A DNA stretch of 64,000 nucleotides from Gemmatimonadales bacterium (lineage in GTDB: Bacteria > Gemmatimonadota > Gemmatimonadetes > Gemmatimonadales > GWC2-71-9). The stretch is taken from NCBI GenBank assembly GCA_039794085.1, contig JBDIWC010000006.1:14262-78261 (forward strand), written 5' to 3'. Shown in pieces: positions 37,986 through 48,142 of this stretch (within the stretch, counting starts at the first letter, position 1; each line of letters opens with the position of its first letter). The notes under the pieces are model-generated. The model was not told the DNA's origin and did not search any database. It worked only from the letters and a program-made list of their open reading frames with translations. The translations under genes and the position numbers were made by a program.

Positions 37986-40775
37986 ATGTCCGCAAACGTT
38001 CGCCTGCTCCTCCTCACCCTGTGCGCCTCGATCGTCGTCGCGCTTCCGTCACACGCCCAGAGCACCGGCCGCCTGGCCGGTCGGGTGGTCGATGCGGCTC
38101 GGGGCACCCCGCTCGCCGGGGCGCTTGTCGAGGTCGTGGGGCCAAGCCCCGAGGTCAACCGTGCTCTCACGGGAGTGGATGGCCGGTACGTGCTCCTGCA
38201 CCTCTCCCCGGGAGCCGTCTCCCTCCACATTCGGATGCTGGGATATCGCCCGAAGGTCGTGACCGACGTGGCGGTGCGGGAAGGGGGCGTTACTACCCAG
38301 GACATTACGCTGGACGCGGAGTCGGTCCAGCTGGAGGACATCACGGTTTCCGCCGCCACCGAGCGGGGAAGCGTGGCGAGCGCCTTGAACGAACAGCGGG
38401 TCTCGGTCAATGTGGTGAATGCCGTCACGGCGGAGGAGATCGCGCGGAGTCCCGACGGGGATGCGGCCACCGCGATGCAACGGGTGAGCGGGGTGTCGGT
38501 GCAGGACGGGAGATATGTCTCCGTGCGCGGGATGGGACAGCGCTACACGGTGGCGTCCTTGAACGGGACTCGCCTCCCCTCGATGGAGCCGGAGCGAAAG
38601 GTCGTGCCGCTGGATCTGTACCCCGCGAGCATGATCGAGGGGATCACCACGGCCAAGACCTTCACCCCCGACCGGTCGGGCGATTTCAGTGGCGGGGAAG
38701 TCAACATCGTGACCCGGAGCTTCCCGGCGGAGCGGCGGTTTTCCGTGAGTGCCGGCAGTGGGGTCAACAGCCGCGCCACGGGCCAGCTGCTCCCGCGAGC
38801 CCGTCGAACCGGCCGGGAATGGCTGGCCTTCGGATCGGACCAGCGCTCCCTGCCCTCGATCGTGCGCGATGCGGGAAGCTTCAGCACCCAGCCCTCCCAG
38901 GAGGCGATCAACCAGATGGTGGGTTCCTTCCGGAACTCCTGGTCTCCCCGGCGCGATCGGGGGGAGCCGGCCTCCTCCTTCGGTGTGTCCCTGGGGGGCA
39001 AGGATCCGGTGTTCGGCCAGGATGTCGGGTACCTCGCCTCCTTTTCCTACAACCGCACGCATGATATCGACGACGGGCAGATTCGCGCCAACGCCATCGT
39101 GGGAGACACGCCGGGCACCCAGCGCGAGGTCGACATGTTCGAGGGTACCACCGGGCGGGAGAGTGTCCTCTGGGGAGGCATGGTGGCCCTCAGCACGGAC
39201 GTGGCCCCCGGCTCCCGCCTCTCCCTCAACACGACCTACAACCGGTCGGCGGATAGCGAGGGCCGACGGGAAATCGGGGAAAGCGAGAACCTCGGAGGGC
39301 GCTTCGAGGTGCTGCGCCAGCGGTATGTCGAGCGCTCGACGCTGTCCGGCCAGCTGGGTGGCGAGCACCGATTCGGCCTGCGCCATCAACTCGACTGGAA
39401 GGTCACCGCCTCCCGGGTGACCCGGGACGAGCCCGACCGCAGCGAATTCGTGTTTCAGCTCGACACCGATCCCTTCGGCGGCCCGCTTCCCCCGGCCTGG
39501 TTCAGCATCTCCAACGAGGGGGCGGTGCGGACCTTCGCGGAATTGGCCGAGGAGAGCGTTCAGGCCGCCGTGGACTACCGGGTGGTTTTCGGCCCCCTCG
39601 ATCGCCCCCATGCGTTCAAGGTGGGCGGTCTCGTTCGCCGGACCACCCGGGATGCCGACAACCGGGTCTTCAGTCTGTCCGCTTCCCTGGACCGCGCCAG
39701 TCGCGAGCTCTCGCCCGAGGAGATCTTCGACGGACGGTTTTCCCAGCCGGGAAGCTCCGTGTTCCGTATCACTCCGCTGAGTCAGGGTGGATCCTACTCC
39801 GCCGAGGATGATCTCTTCGCCGGTTATGCCATGGTTCAGCTCTTCCCCTCCGAACGGGTGGAGATCGTGGGCGGGGCTCGTTTCGAGCGTTCCGAAGTGT
39901 CCGTGACGACACAGCCGACGGTCGGCGAAAATGTCACGACCCGTCCCACCTTCACGGACGTGCTCCCCGGGGTTGCCGTGAACATCAGTCTCAACGACCG
40001 CCAGGTGCTGCGCCTCGCGGGATCACAGACCCTTTCCCGCCCCGAATACCGGGAATTGGCACCGGTTCAATTCCGGGAGGTTCTGGGAGGGGACAACATC
40101 CTGGGCAACCCCGATCTCGTCCGGACCCTGATCCGGAATGCCGATATCCGGTGGGAGTTCTATCCCCGGCCGACGGAGGTGATCAGCATCGCGGCCTTCG
40201 GCAAGTGGTTCGACGACCCCATCGAGCAGGTCTTCCTCGGCACGTCCGGGACCCGGCTCATCAGCTTCCTGAATGCGGAATCGGGCCGGAACTTCGGGGT
40301 GGAGCTCGAACTGAGGAAGAATCTCGATCTCCTGGGTGAGTCCTTCCGCCCCTGGTCGTTCTTCGGCAACGCGACGTTCATGAACAGCCGGGTGACGGTG
40401 GCGGGGAACCAGGGTCTGGCCGCGTTGCTCAACGACGACCGGGCGATGGTGGGTCAGGCCCCCTACGTGGTCAATGCCGGCCTGACGTGGACATCCCCCT
40501 CGTCGCAGTGGGCGGGATCGGTTCTGTACAACGTCGTGGGTCGCCGCATCTTCAGTGTCGGAGAGAGCCCCCTTCCCAACGTGTTCGAGGAAGCCCGCAA
40601 CGTGGTGGATGTGTCCCTTCGCTTCCCGATGCCGGGGGCCCTGAGCGGCCGGATCGACGCGAAGAACCTGCTCGATGCCTCGGCCCAGCTCACCCAGGGG
40701 TCCGTAACCAAGCAGTTCAGCCGGAGCGGGCGCCAGTTCTCGGTGGGGTTCAGCTGGGTTCCCTCCGGCTCGTGA
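37986..40775 (+). CDS. TonB-dependent outer-membrane receptor with N-terminal CarboxypepD_reg domain
   Basis: Signal peptide ...ALPSHAQS. GRLAGRVVDAARGTPLAGALVEV (CarbopepD_reg). Plug region DGRYVSVRGMGQRY. 929 aa beta-barrel. Confidence 0.9.
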   Translation: MSANVRLLLLTLCASIVVALPSHAQSTGRLAGRVVDAARGTPLAGALVEVVGPSPEVNRALTGVDGRYVLLHLSPGAVSLHIRMLGYRPKVVTDVAVREGGVTTQDITLDAESVQLEDITVSAATERGSVASALNEQRVSVNVVNAVTAEEIARSPDGDAATAMQRVSGVSVQDGRYVSVRGMGQRYTVASLNGTRLPSMEPERKVVPLDLYPASMIEGITTAKTFTPDRSGDFSGGEVNIVTRSFPAERRFSVSAGSGVNSRATGQLLPRARRTGREWLAFGSDQRSLPSIVRDAGSFSTQPSQEAINQMVGSFRNSWSPRRDRGEPASSFGVSLGGKDPVFGQDVGYLASFSYNRTHDIDDGQIRANAIVGDTPGTQREVDMFEGTTGRESVLWGGMVALSTDVAPGSRLSLNTTYNRSADSEGRREIGESENLGGRFEVLRQRYVERSTLSGQLGGEHRFGLRHQLDWKVTASRVTRDEPDRSEFVFQLDTDPFGGPLPPAWFSISNEGAVRTFAELAEESVQAAVDYRVVFGPLDRPHAFKVGGLVRRTTRDADNRVFSLSASLDRASRELSPEEIFDGRFSQPGSSVFRITPLSQGGSYSAEDDLFAGYAMVQLFPSERVEIVGGARFERSEVSVTTQPTVGENVTTRPTFTDVLPGVAVNISLNDRQVLRLAGSQTLSRPEYRELAPVQFREVLGGDNILGNPDLVRTLIRNADIRWEFYPRPTEVISIAAFGKWFDDPIEQVFLGTSGTRLISFLNAESGRNFGVELELRKNLDLLGESFRPWSFFGNATFMNSRVTVAGNQGLAALLNDDRAMVGQAPYVVNAGLTWTSPSSQWAGSVLYNVVGRRIFSVGESPLPNVFEEARNVVDVSLRFPMPGALSGRIDAKNLLDASAQLTQGSVTKQFSRSGRQFSVGFSWVPSGS

Positions 40776-40910
40776 CCGAGCTGTGACAGGAGCGACGCCG
40801 GGGTGTCGCCCGGGGTGCCGAGGTTTCGGGTGCCTCGGGCGACGTGTCCTGAGGCCGGGAAGCCCGCGACGCACCCGTTCACCGACTTCAGCTCAAAGGA
40901 CCCTGGGACA

Positions 40911-42626
40911 ATGTTGCAGACCCTCTTCCGCACGACCCGCTGGATCCCCGCCGGCCTGGTGGTCCTGGTGGCCGCCTGCAGTGACGATGACGGACCGGGG
41001 ACCAACCCGACACCTCCCCCCCCCGCGATTCCTCTCGTGGCCCCCGCCGGAGTGAACGCCACCGCGGCGTCGGCCACCGCGATCACCGTCTCGTTCACTC
41101 CCTCAGCGGGCGCCACGACCCACCGGGTTGAGCGGGCCCAGGGCGCAGGTGGCACCTTTTCGCAGGCGGGCACGACCACAGCCAGCCCCTTCAACGACAC
41201 GGGGCTGACTCCCTCCACCCTGTATCGCTACCGGGTTGTGGCTGTGCGGGGCACCGAAGAGGCCGCGTCCGGTGAGGTGCAGGCCACCACCCAGGCACTG
41301 CAGCCGGGCTCGAGCGTCGTGGAGGTCTCGTCCGACATCACCACCAACACGACGTGGACGGCCAACAACACCTACCTCTTGAAGGGGTTCATTCACGTGG
41401 CCAACGGCGCCACCCTCACGATTGAGCCGGGCACGGTCATTCAGGGCGACTTCAACACCCTGGGATCCTCGTTGTTTGTCTTGCGCGGATCGAAGATCAT
41501 CGCCAACGGCACGGCGGCTCAGCCCATCGTCTTCACGAGCTCGCAGCCGGTGGGGCAGCGGCAGGCCGGAGACTGGGGGGGATTGATCCTTGTGGGGAAC
41601 GGGATCATCAATCGCGCCGCCCCGGTCATTCTCGAAGGGACGGGAACCAATGCCAGCAACTTTGCGATCGACTATGCGGGAGGGACTGACAACACGGACA
41701 ACAGCGGAAGCCTCCGCTTCGTGCGGGTGGAATTCGCCGGATTCGGACCCGCGCCGGACGCCGAGCTCAACACCTTCACCTTCGCCGCGGTCGGATCAGG
41801 TACGGTACTGGAGAATCTTCAGTCTCTGAACGGTCTGGATGATTCATTTGAGTGGTTCGGTGGCGCGGTCGACGGGAAGAACCTGGTGAGTTACAACTCC
41901 GGTGATGACCACTTCGACATGTCCGAGGGGTACGTGGGCCGTCTCCAGTTCCTGATCGCGTATCAGAGCCGCACGGTAGTGCCCCGGCCCACGGCGGGGA
42001 ACATCTCCGGCGATCCCCAAGGATTTGAGAACGACGGGTGCGCCGGGGCGAACTGCACCAATGGCCAGAACTCACTCCCACTGAACGCTCCCCTGGTGGC
42101 GAACTTCACCCTGGTCGGTCCTCCGAGCACGGTCACCAGTTCCTCGGGCGGGATCGGCATGATGCTCCGCCGCGGGACGGCAGGAGTCTACATCAACGGG
42201 GTCACCGCCCGCTGGAGCCGGGCCGGGATCAGTCTCCGGGATCAGAGCACACTGGATCGCATCACCTCGGGCGAGCTTCGGGTGTCGAACGTGGCCGTGG
42301 CCGAATCCCCGGTTATCTTCCAGCCCCAGACGGGTACGACGGTGCAGGGCACGGTGAACACCGGCACCAACAGCATTCAGGACCTTCTGGCGACCCCGGC
42401 GGGAACGCTGTTCACCGCCTTGCCCGGCTCGGAACCGGCGGGACCGGCCGACCTCGACTGGAGTCCGTCCGCGGGGAGCCCCCTCACGACCGGCGGTCTC
42501 TCCATCTTCACGGGTCCCCTCGCCACCAAGGCCGGGACGTTCGTTCAGCCGACGGCCTACCGGGGCGCCGCGGGTCCGGGCCTGCCGAAGTGGTGGTCGG
42601 GATGGACCAACTTCGCGGTCAATTGA
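40911..42626 (+). CDS. Lipoprotein with Fn3 domain and predicted beta-helix-like body, TonB-receptor-associated
   Basis: MLQTLFRTTRWIPAGLVVLVAACS lipobox. Fn3-like VSFTPSAGATTHRVERA...YRYRVVAV. Then ITTNTTWTANNTYLLKGFIHVANGATLTIEPGTVIQG...PIVFTS. Confidence 0.7.
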   Translation: MLQTLFRTTRWIPAGLVVLVAACSDDDGPGTNPTPPPPAIPLVAPAGVNATAASATAITVSFTPSAGATTHRVERAQGAGGTFSQAGTTTASPFNDTGLTPSTLYRYRVVAVRGTEEAASGEVQATTQALQPGSSVVEVSSDITTNTTWTANNTYLLKGFIHVANGATLTIEPGTVIQGDFNTLGSSLFVLRGSKIIANGTAAQPIVFTSSQPVGQRQAGDWGGLILVGNGIINRAAPVILEGTGTNASNFAIDYAGGTDNTDNSGSLRFVRVEFAGFGPAPDAELNTFTFAAVGSGTVLENLQSLNGLDDSFEWFGGAVDGKNLVSYNSGDDHFDMSEGYVGRLQFLIAYQSRTVVPRPTAGNISGDPQGFENDGCAGANCTNGQNSLPLNAPLVANFTLVGPPSTVTSSSGGIGMMLRRGTAGVYINGVTARWSRAGISLRDQSTLDRITSGELRVSNVAVAESPVIFQPQTGTTVQGTVNTGTNSIQDLLATPAGTLFTALPGSEPAGPADLDWSPSAGSPLTTGGLSIFTGPLATKAGTFVQPTAYRGAAGPGLPKWWSGWTNFAVN

Positions 42627-43318
42627 GACTTTCCGTTCCCTCATCCGTGCTGCCGGTGTCTCCCTCGGGGGGCACCGGCAGTACCGTCGGGGTCCCGGAC
42701 CTGCGGCATGCACGAGCTGCCCTGTGGGCCCTGTTTCTGATGGCGGGCTGCCACTCGGCTCCGCAGGCGAGGCTGGAGGAGGAGGCACTGGCAGCCGAAG
42801 CCACCCCCACGACCACTCGGATCGTGGACAGCATCCTTCCTCTCGAGGAGGAGATTCGGCGGTTCACCAACACCTCGCCCCCTCTTCTTCACTTGTCCAA
42901 TGGAGCCCCCAGCCGAGAGGAGCTCGTGGAGCAGTGGGTGGCCGCCATTGAAACGCGGGACTCGGCGGCCCTGGGCCGGCTGCACGTCACTCCGGGCGAA
43001 TTCATCGGTCTCTATTATCCGAACTCCGTCTACACCTCACCCCCCTATCGGCAGAGTCCCTCTCTGGTCTGGTTCCGCATGGTCAACTCGTCGAGTCGGG
43101 GTTCCACGAGAGTGATGCAGCGCCATGGGGGTCACCCCTTCCCTCTCCGCGGACTCCGGTGCGAGGAAGCCCCGATGCCCCGCGGCCCCATCCGGGTCTG
43201 GTCCCCCTGCCTGGTTCAACGAGAAGGGGATTCCACGGCGCCGGACCAGCGCCTCTTTGGTCCGATCCTCGAGCACGAGGGCCGATTCAAGTTCCTGACC
43301 TACGACTCGGAGTACTGA
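42623..43318 (+). CDS. Hypothetical lipoprotein
   Basis: Lipobox ALFLMAGC. Start uncertain (TTG 42623 overlapping the upstream stop, or GTG 42647). No recognisable domain. Confidence 0.55.
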   Translation: MRLSVPSSVLPVSPSGGTGSTVGVPDLRHARAALWALFLMAGCHSAPQARLEEEALAAEATPTTTRIVDSILPLEEEIRRFTNTSPPLLHLSNGAPSREELVEQWVAAIETRDSAALGRLHVTPGEFIGLYYPNSVYTSPPYRQSPSLVWFRMVNSSSRGSTRVMQRHGGHPFPLRGLRCEEAPMPRGPIRVWSPCLVQREGDSTAPDQRLFGPILEHEGRFKFLTYDSEY

Positions 43319-44010
43319 GCAGGAACGGAGGACGCCCTCCCCTCGGAACCCTCCTTGCGCACGACCCAAGTGGTCATGCTCCGCAGCTGGTCGACGAGAG
43401 TGGTCTTGAGGGGGTCGAGGAGACACCCCCCGAGAGCGGCAGTCGTGTCGTGCAGGAAGGGTGCGTCGACCAGAAAGCGAGTGGATCCATCCGGGAGGCG
43501 AAACCAGCGACCTCCCAGCGGATCGAGCTGGTCCTGCATCCCGATCGTCGAAGCCAGTCGGCAGAACAGCATCCCTCCCGGCCGCAGGACCCGCCAGAGC
43601 TCCCGGACCGCGCGGTGGAAGGCGTCCTCGTCCGGGGAGAAGTGCAGGAGCGCGTTCGCGATCACGACGTCGAACCTGTCAGCTGGAAACGGGATTGCCT
43701 CGATGGAGGCGAGTTGGAAGTTGTCGGGGGACAGGGATGGCGCGTGCCTTGCCGCCAGGGCCCGAACCACCCGCACGGATTCCTCCGATGTGTCCACGCC
43801 CCAGGCGACGTATCCCGCTCTCAGGAAGTATTCCAGGTTGCGCCCCGTGCCCATCCCCGCGTCGAGCAGGCTCATGCCCGGCGTGATCCGCCCCCGCAGC
43901 AGCTGGTCGAGGAGGTAGATGTCGACGCCCCCCAGGGTGGAGAGCCATCCCCCTGGATCGGGATGGACCGGATTTCCCCCCGACGCGGGGGCGCTATCCC
44001 TTCCTGGCAT
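43300..44010 (-). CDS. Class I SAM-dependent methyltransferase
   Basis: LLDAGMGTGRNLEYFL (motif I), ...FDVVIANALLHF..., LRPGGMLF. Start overlaps the 3' end of the upstream MscS gene by 17 nt. Confidence 0.85.
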   Translation of the reverse strand: MPGRDSAPASGGNPVHPDPGGWLSTLGGVDIYLLDQLLRGRITPGMSLLDAGMGTGRNLEYFLRAGYVAWGVDTSEESVRVVRALAARHAPSLSPDNFQLASIEAIPFPADRFDVVIANALLHFSPDEDAFHRAVRELWRVLRPGGMLFCRLASTIGMQDQLDPLGGRWFRLPDGSTRFLVDAPFLHDTTAALGGCLLDPLKTTLVDQLRSMTTWVVRKEGSEGRASSVPAQYSES

Positions 44011-44911
44011 GCGAGTCCGCCTGATGTCCGGTGACCGGAGGAACCCCGACGAGTTCGACCGTCGTGGACCCGAGCTGCACCCGACCCGCCGTGTTATCGA
44101 TCGCGTTCAGCACGGCCTCGTACAACTGATCCTTAGTCCCGCGGCGACTGCGGTAGTCGACGGGGTACCGGATCGTGTAGGACAACCAATTGTCGGTGGC
44201 CACCAGAGTCACGAAGGGGATCAGCCGCGCCGGTTCAATCCGATACCGCATGACCAACTCGGCCCAGGCGCCCGCAGCCGACTCAGCATAGGCCCCCGTC
44301 ACCGCACTCGCCGTCTCCTCCAGGATACTCCTGGCAAGCACACGATCCGAACGATAGCTGATGGGCAGAACAATCTCGTCCCAGAGAAAGGGAAAATCCG
44401 CGCTGTAGTTGAAGACAGGCTCCTTGAACACGAAGCTGTTGGCGACCCGCACGATCCGCCCGTTGTACAGATCGCCATCGACCCAATCCCCGCACTCCAT
44501 GAGCGTGGTGCGAAGGATTCCAATGTCGATGACGTCCCCCCGGATGCCCCCGAGCCGGACGCGATCCCCCACGCGGAAGAAACCACCCGCCAGCACGGCC
44601 ACCCACCCCGCCACACTCGCAATCACCTCTTGCAGGGCAAAGGCCACACCAGCCCCGGCCACCCCAAATGCGACGGTCAGTCCTCCCAATCGATCACTGA
44701 GCCCCTCGGCGATGTAGATGGCTGCCACCGTATACCCAAGAAGGATCACGAGCTTTCTGGTTCGATATCGTCCGTCCACGTCCTGGATTCGCGGGGTCAG
44801 GCGGCGAGTGACCACCCACACGGCGGCGTAGATGACAACCAGGCCGATCAGGATGCGCAGCAGTCGCAGGCTCAGCGGATTGGTCAGCCAGGGGGGCAAC
44901 CCATCAAGCAT
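43994..44911 (-). CDS. Small MscS-family mechanosensitive channel homologue
   Basis: 305 aa. 3 TM, then FRVGDRVRLGGIRGDVIDIGILRTTLME...RIVRVANSFV (MscS beta-domain signature). Confidence 0.85.
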   Translation of the reverse strand: MLDGLPPWLTNPLSLRLLRILIGLVVIYAAVWVVTRRLTPRIQDVDGRYRTRKLVILLGYTVAAIYIAEGLSDRLGGLTVAFGVAGAGVAFALQEVIASVAGWVAVLAGGFFRVGDRVRLGGIRGDVIDIGILRTTLMECGDWVDGDLYNGRIVRVANSFVFKEPVFNYSADFPFLWDEIVLPISYRSDRVLARSILEETASAVTGAYAESAAGAWAELVMRYRIEPARLIPFVTLVATDNWLSYTIRYPVDYRSRRGTKDQLYEAVLNAIDNTAGRVQLGSTTVELVGVPPVTGHQADSHARKG

Positions 44912-44920
44912 CAGGAAACC

Positions 44921-47900
44921 TCATGCCATTCCCCGCGGCAGGAGGTTTGCCGCCTGAATCCGATCCAGAACGACGTGACGCATCACGGAGCGAACCCGAT
45001 AGGCCACTCCCGGGACCACGCGGACCCCGGCCTCGGCACGGAGAGTGTCGGTTGCATCCTCGGCCAGGTGGGGCTCCAGCAGGCGCAAGGCCAGAAGATG
45101 TTCCAGTGCCTGCCGGGCTCGCTCCTCGCTGAGGCGGAAGATGGCCGCGTGCTCGGCCACCGTCAGCGTCGCGTGCATGAGCAGCGCCCGGAGGGTCATC
45201 GTACTCACCAGGGGGAGGGAGTCGAGAAAGCGATAGTCGAGCCGGTCGATCGGCCGGAGCGTCACTCGGCCCCCCGGCTGCCCCTCTCCGCCTCCTTCCT
45301 CAAACCTGGCGGAGCGGAGCCAATACAGAAGGGCCTGCCCGATGTCCCCTTCGGTGGCCCGGGCCATCCGATCGATGTAGAGCGAGCGCAGAAGACGATC
45401 ACGGGCCTCCGCCGTTCGCACCCGGGCCAGTCTCTGCCGCAGAAGGAACCCCGGGAGGTCGGGAGGAAGCACCTGAAGCGCGAGTCCGCTCCATTCATGG
45501 CGTGTCAGGAGGGCTTGTTCCAATTCTCTCCGGCCCAGGGGATCGAGGTGAATGTGGCGAAACGCACGCAACGCCTCGGCGAGTTCGGCACGCACCACCG
45601 GCCCCGCCACACCATTGATCGACAGGATCCAGTGCACCCTGCTGTCGGAACGGGTACAGAACCCCAGGAACGCCTCCATCAGCCATGCCCCCTCCGGCAC
45701 GTGGAGAAAAAGGTACTCGATATCGTCCACGATCACGACGCCACCACTTCGCGGTTCGTCCGAGAGAAGAGCCCTTTCAAGATCCGCGAGCGTGGAGGCA
45801 CCCGAGTGACCGAGGACCGCGCCGAGAGCTTCCGCGAGGACCGCCTCCGAGGACATCCGCGTGGACAGGGTCATCCACCGGACGGGGACACTCTCGATCT
45901 CCTCGGACACAACCGAGAGGAAGCTGGTTCGTCCCCCGCCGGGAAGCGCCTCGACGAGGACAGATCCGGCGGGGTGACCCCGGCCCCACCGGCTGATGTG
46001 ATCTCCGACCAGTTCCAGCGGCGCATCCCTCCCGGCGAGAAGTTGCCGTCGTTCGAGGGGGCCCTCCCCGAAGAGGCGGCGGTACACCATGGGGAAGGTG
46101 GCCCGGTGTGCGGCCACCTCCTCCAGCGAATCGACGGTGGACAGCCATTGCGCCTCGGTGGGCCGGGCCACACCGACCGCCGCCTGTCCCCGCGAGAGCA
46201 ACTGGCGGACTCGGGCGACGACCGCCACCATCCGTGGCTGCAGATCGTCCCATGCATGCCGAGCGGCATGCCGCCCGAGGTACCATCGACGCTGAATGGC
46301 CCGCACGGCTGACGCCCCGAGGCCCTGCCAGGATCGTTGGTTGGCCGCGGCCCGGTTCACGCGTCGCTGGAAGTCGGTCCAATCCTCATGGAGGGCCTCC
46401 CAGACAGACCGGGCGAGATCCCCCCAAGCCGGCTGCAGACCCTCCACCGCGCGGGTCATGGTGTCGGTGGCTCGGGCCAGGCCGTCGCAGGCCACCGTGA
46501 GGGCACGGGTCGAGGGGCCTTCCTCTCCTTCACCGGGGGAGTCGTCGGGACCCTCCCGGAGAGCCTCCCGAGCCGCATCCAGCGCATACTCGACGATGTG
46601 AGGCACCTGGTGGACCATCGCCCAGGCCTTGATGACCCGCTCCCGGTACCGGGGAACGGCACGACCCAATACCACCGGGAGGGGGGGCTGGAAGGCTTCG
46701 CGGGCGGCATCCCGGGGGCTCCAGGGCACCGGCAGCGCCGCGGGATCGATGTCCCCGGATCCCGCCGCGAGGGTCGTGGGAAGGACTTCGTCAGGGAGCT
46801 GGGCGATCAGCGCCTCGATCTGCCGAGCTTCGCGAGACCCCAGATGATCGAGGGCCTTTTCCGCCCGGCTGACACCGGCCAGATCAATCAGCCGTTCGGT
46901 TTCCTCCGCCTGAGCCGCTGCCTGCGCGAGTGCCTGTTTCAGTACTCCCTCCGCCTCCGGGTCTGGTTCGGACAATCGGCTCCGCACGTTCCGGAGTTCG
47001 TCTGCCAGCCGATCCACCACCTCCGCCAGGGGTTGGAGGGTCTGGCCCCGCAGCCGGGTGAGCAACTGGTTCTCGAGTTCAGTGATTTCACGCCGAAAGC
47101 GCACTCGGGCCATCAGGGCCCGGAGTTCCCTCTCCCCGCGGGTGGCCCACTGATCCCATTCCCGACCCCGGATCTCCAGGCGGTCGCCCCAGACAGGGGG
47201 CCGGTCACCGGGACGCCAGGCGCGAGGAAGGAGGGGTGTACCGGCCAGGAGCAGCGACCGACGGAAGATCTCCGCGGCGTCCGTGGTGGACAGGGCCGGC
47301 GGGGGCGCCACGGCAGCCAGATCTTGCAGGGTCCGATGGAACTGCGCGATCGCCTCCCGTGTCTCCGCCGACTCCATGTCGGGAATCACCCGGTCCTCCT
47401 CCGCCCCGGGAGTGCCCTCGGGAAGATGGAGGCCAGGCGTGTCGTGGGCCTGGTCGAGGAGGAGAACCGCCTCCATCAGGGTGGTGGCCGCACGCACCAT
47501 CTGAACCCAGGGCCGTCCCCACAGCACCTGCATCTCTTCGTGACGCAAAAAGTGCCGGGCGCCGAGCCGCTCGTCGACATGCGCGTGCCAGTAGCCTCGG
47601 ATGTCGACATCCCGCTGGCACTCACCCTCCGGCGTCCGCCCCCACAGGCCTCGCAGGGCGTTGGCCATGGTGCCCAGCCGACGGCGGATCCGGACTCCCC
47701 GCTTGAGCCACCGTACTCTCGGGGGGTCATCGGGGAGCGGGTCGTAAAACTCCGGGGGATCACAGGCCGCCAGAACCGCGGAGTGCACGGAGGCCGCTTC
47801 CCGGAGCGACCGACGGAGGTCCCGCAGGGAGGTCCGGATCCGGTCGGCCGGCCGAGTGTGCTCCATGACCTCACGCAGCGGGTCCAGGGTCCCGTCGATC

Positions 47901-48142
47901 ACCGCGTCACGATAGGCCACGACGCCACGCCAGGTCATCGGGCCGGACTCGAGGAGGATCCGGCTCGCCGTCTCATGAGCCATGGTGGCCGATCGTGCGG
48001 CCGTGGCCAGGGCCTGAATGACCCGGGTCTCCAGCATCGCCTCCCACTCCGCCGTTTCCCGGTCGGCCCGGTCGAGGAGGGCATCTCCGAGTGCGCCGAC
48101 CTCGTCGTCCGACAGGAGCGTGGTCTCGGAGTCCGTTGTCAT
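44921..48142 (-). CDS. 1,073-aa hypothetical protein: ~700-aa helical N-terminal region + ORC/AAA_16-like NTPase module with degenerate Walker A + C-terminal wHTH-like region
   Basis: LAGRDAPLELVGDHISRWGRG...VLVEALPGGGRTSFL (Walker A with R for K), GGVVIVDDIEYL (Walker B), HIHLDPLGRRELEQAL, C-terminal LTVAEHAAIFRLSEERARQALEHLLALRLLE. ATGA overlap with the upstream MscS gene. Confidence 0.75.
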   Translation of the reverse strand: MTTDSETTLLSDDEVGALGDALLDRADRETAEWEAMLETRVIQALATAARSATMAHETASRILLESGPMTWRGVVAYRDAVIDGTLDPLREVMEHTRPADRIRTSLRDLRRSLREAASVHSAVLAACDPPEFYDPLPDDPPRVRWLKRGVRIRRRLGTMANALRGLWGRTPEGECQRDVDIRGYWHAHVDERLGARHFLRHEEMQVLWGRPWVQMVRAATTLMEAVLLLDQAHDTPGLHLPEGTPGAEEDRVIPDMESAETREAIAQFHRTLQDLAAVAPPPALSTTDAAEIFRRSLLLAGTPLLPRAWRPGDRPPVWGDRLEIRGREWDQWATRGERELRALMARVRFRREITELENQLLTRLRGQTLQPLAEVVDRLADELRNVRSRLSEPDPEAEGVLKQALAQAAAQAEETERLIDLAGVSRAEKALDHLGSREARQIEALIAQLPDEVLPTTLAAGSGDIDPAALPVPWSPRDAAREAFQPPLPVVLGRAVPRYRERVIKAWAMVHQVPHIVEYALDAAREALREGPDDSPGEGEEGPSTRALTVACDGLARATDTMTRAVEGLQPAWGDLARSVWEALHEDWTDFQRRVNRAAANQRSWQGLGASAVRAIQRRWYLGRHAARHAWDDLQPRMVAVVARVRQLLSRGQAAVGVARPTEAQWLSTVDSLEEVAAHRATFPMVYRRLFGEGPLERRQLLAGRDAPLELVGDHISRWGRGHPAGSVLVEALPGGGRTSFLSVVSEEIESVPVRWMTLSTRMSSEAVLAEALGAVLGHSGASTLADLERALLSDEPRSGGVVIVDDIEYLFLHVPEGAWLMEAFLGFCTRSDSRVHWILSINGVAGPVVRAELAEALRAFRHIHLDPLGRRELEQALLTRHEWSGLALQVLPPDLPGFLLRQRLARVRTAEARDRLLRSLYIDRMARATEGDIGQALLYWLRSARFEEGGGEGQPGGRVTLRPIDRLDYRFLDSLPLVSTMTLRALLMHATLTVAEHAAIFRLSEERARQALEHLLALRLLEPHLAEDATDTLRAEAGVRVVPGVAYRVRSVMRHVVLDRIQAANLLPRGMA

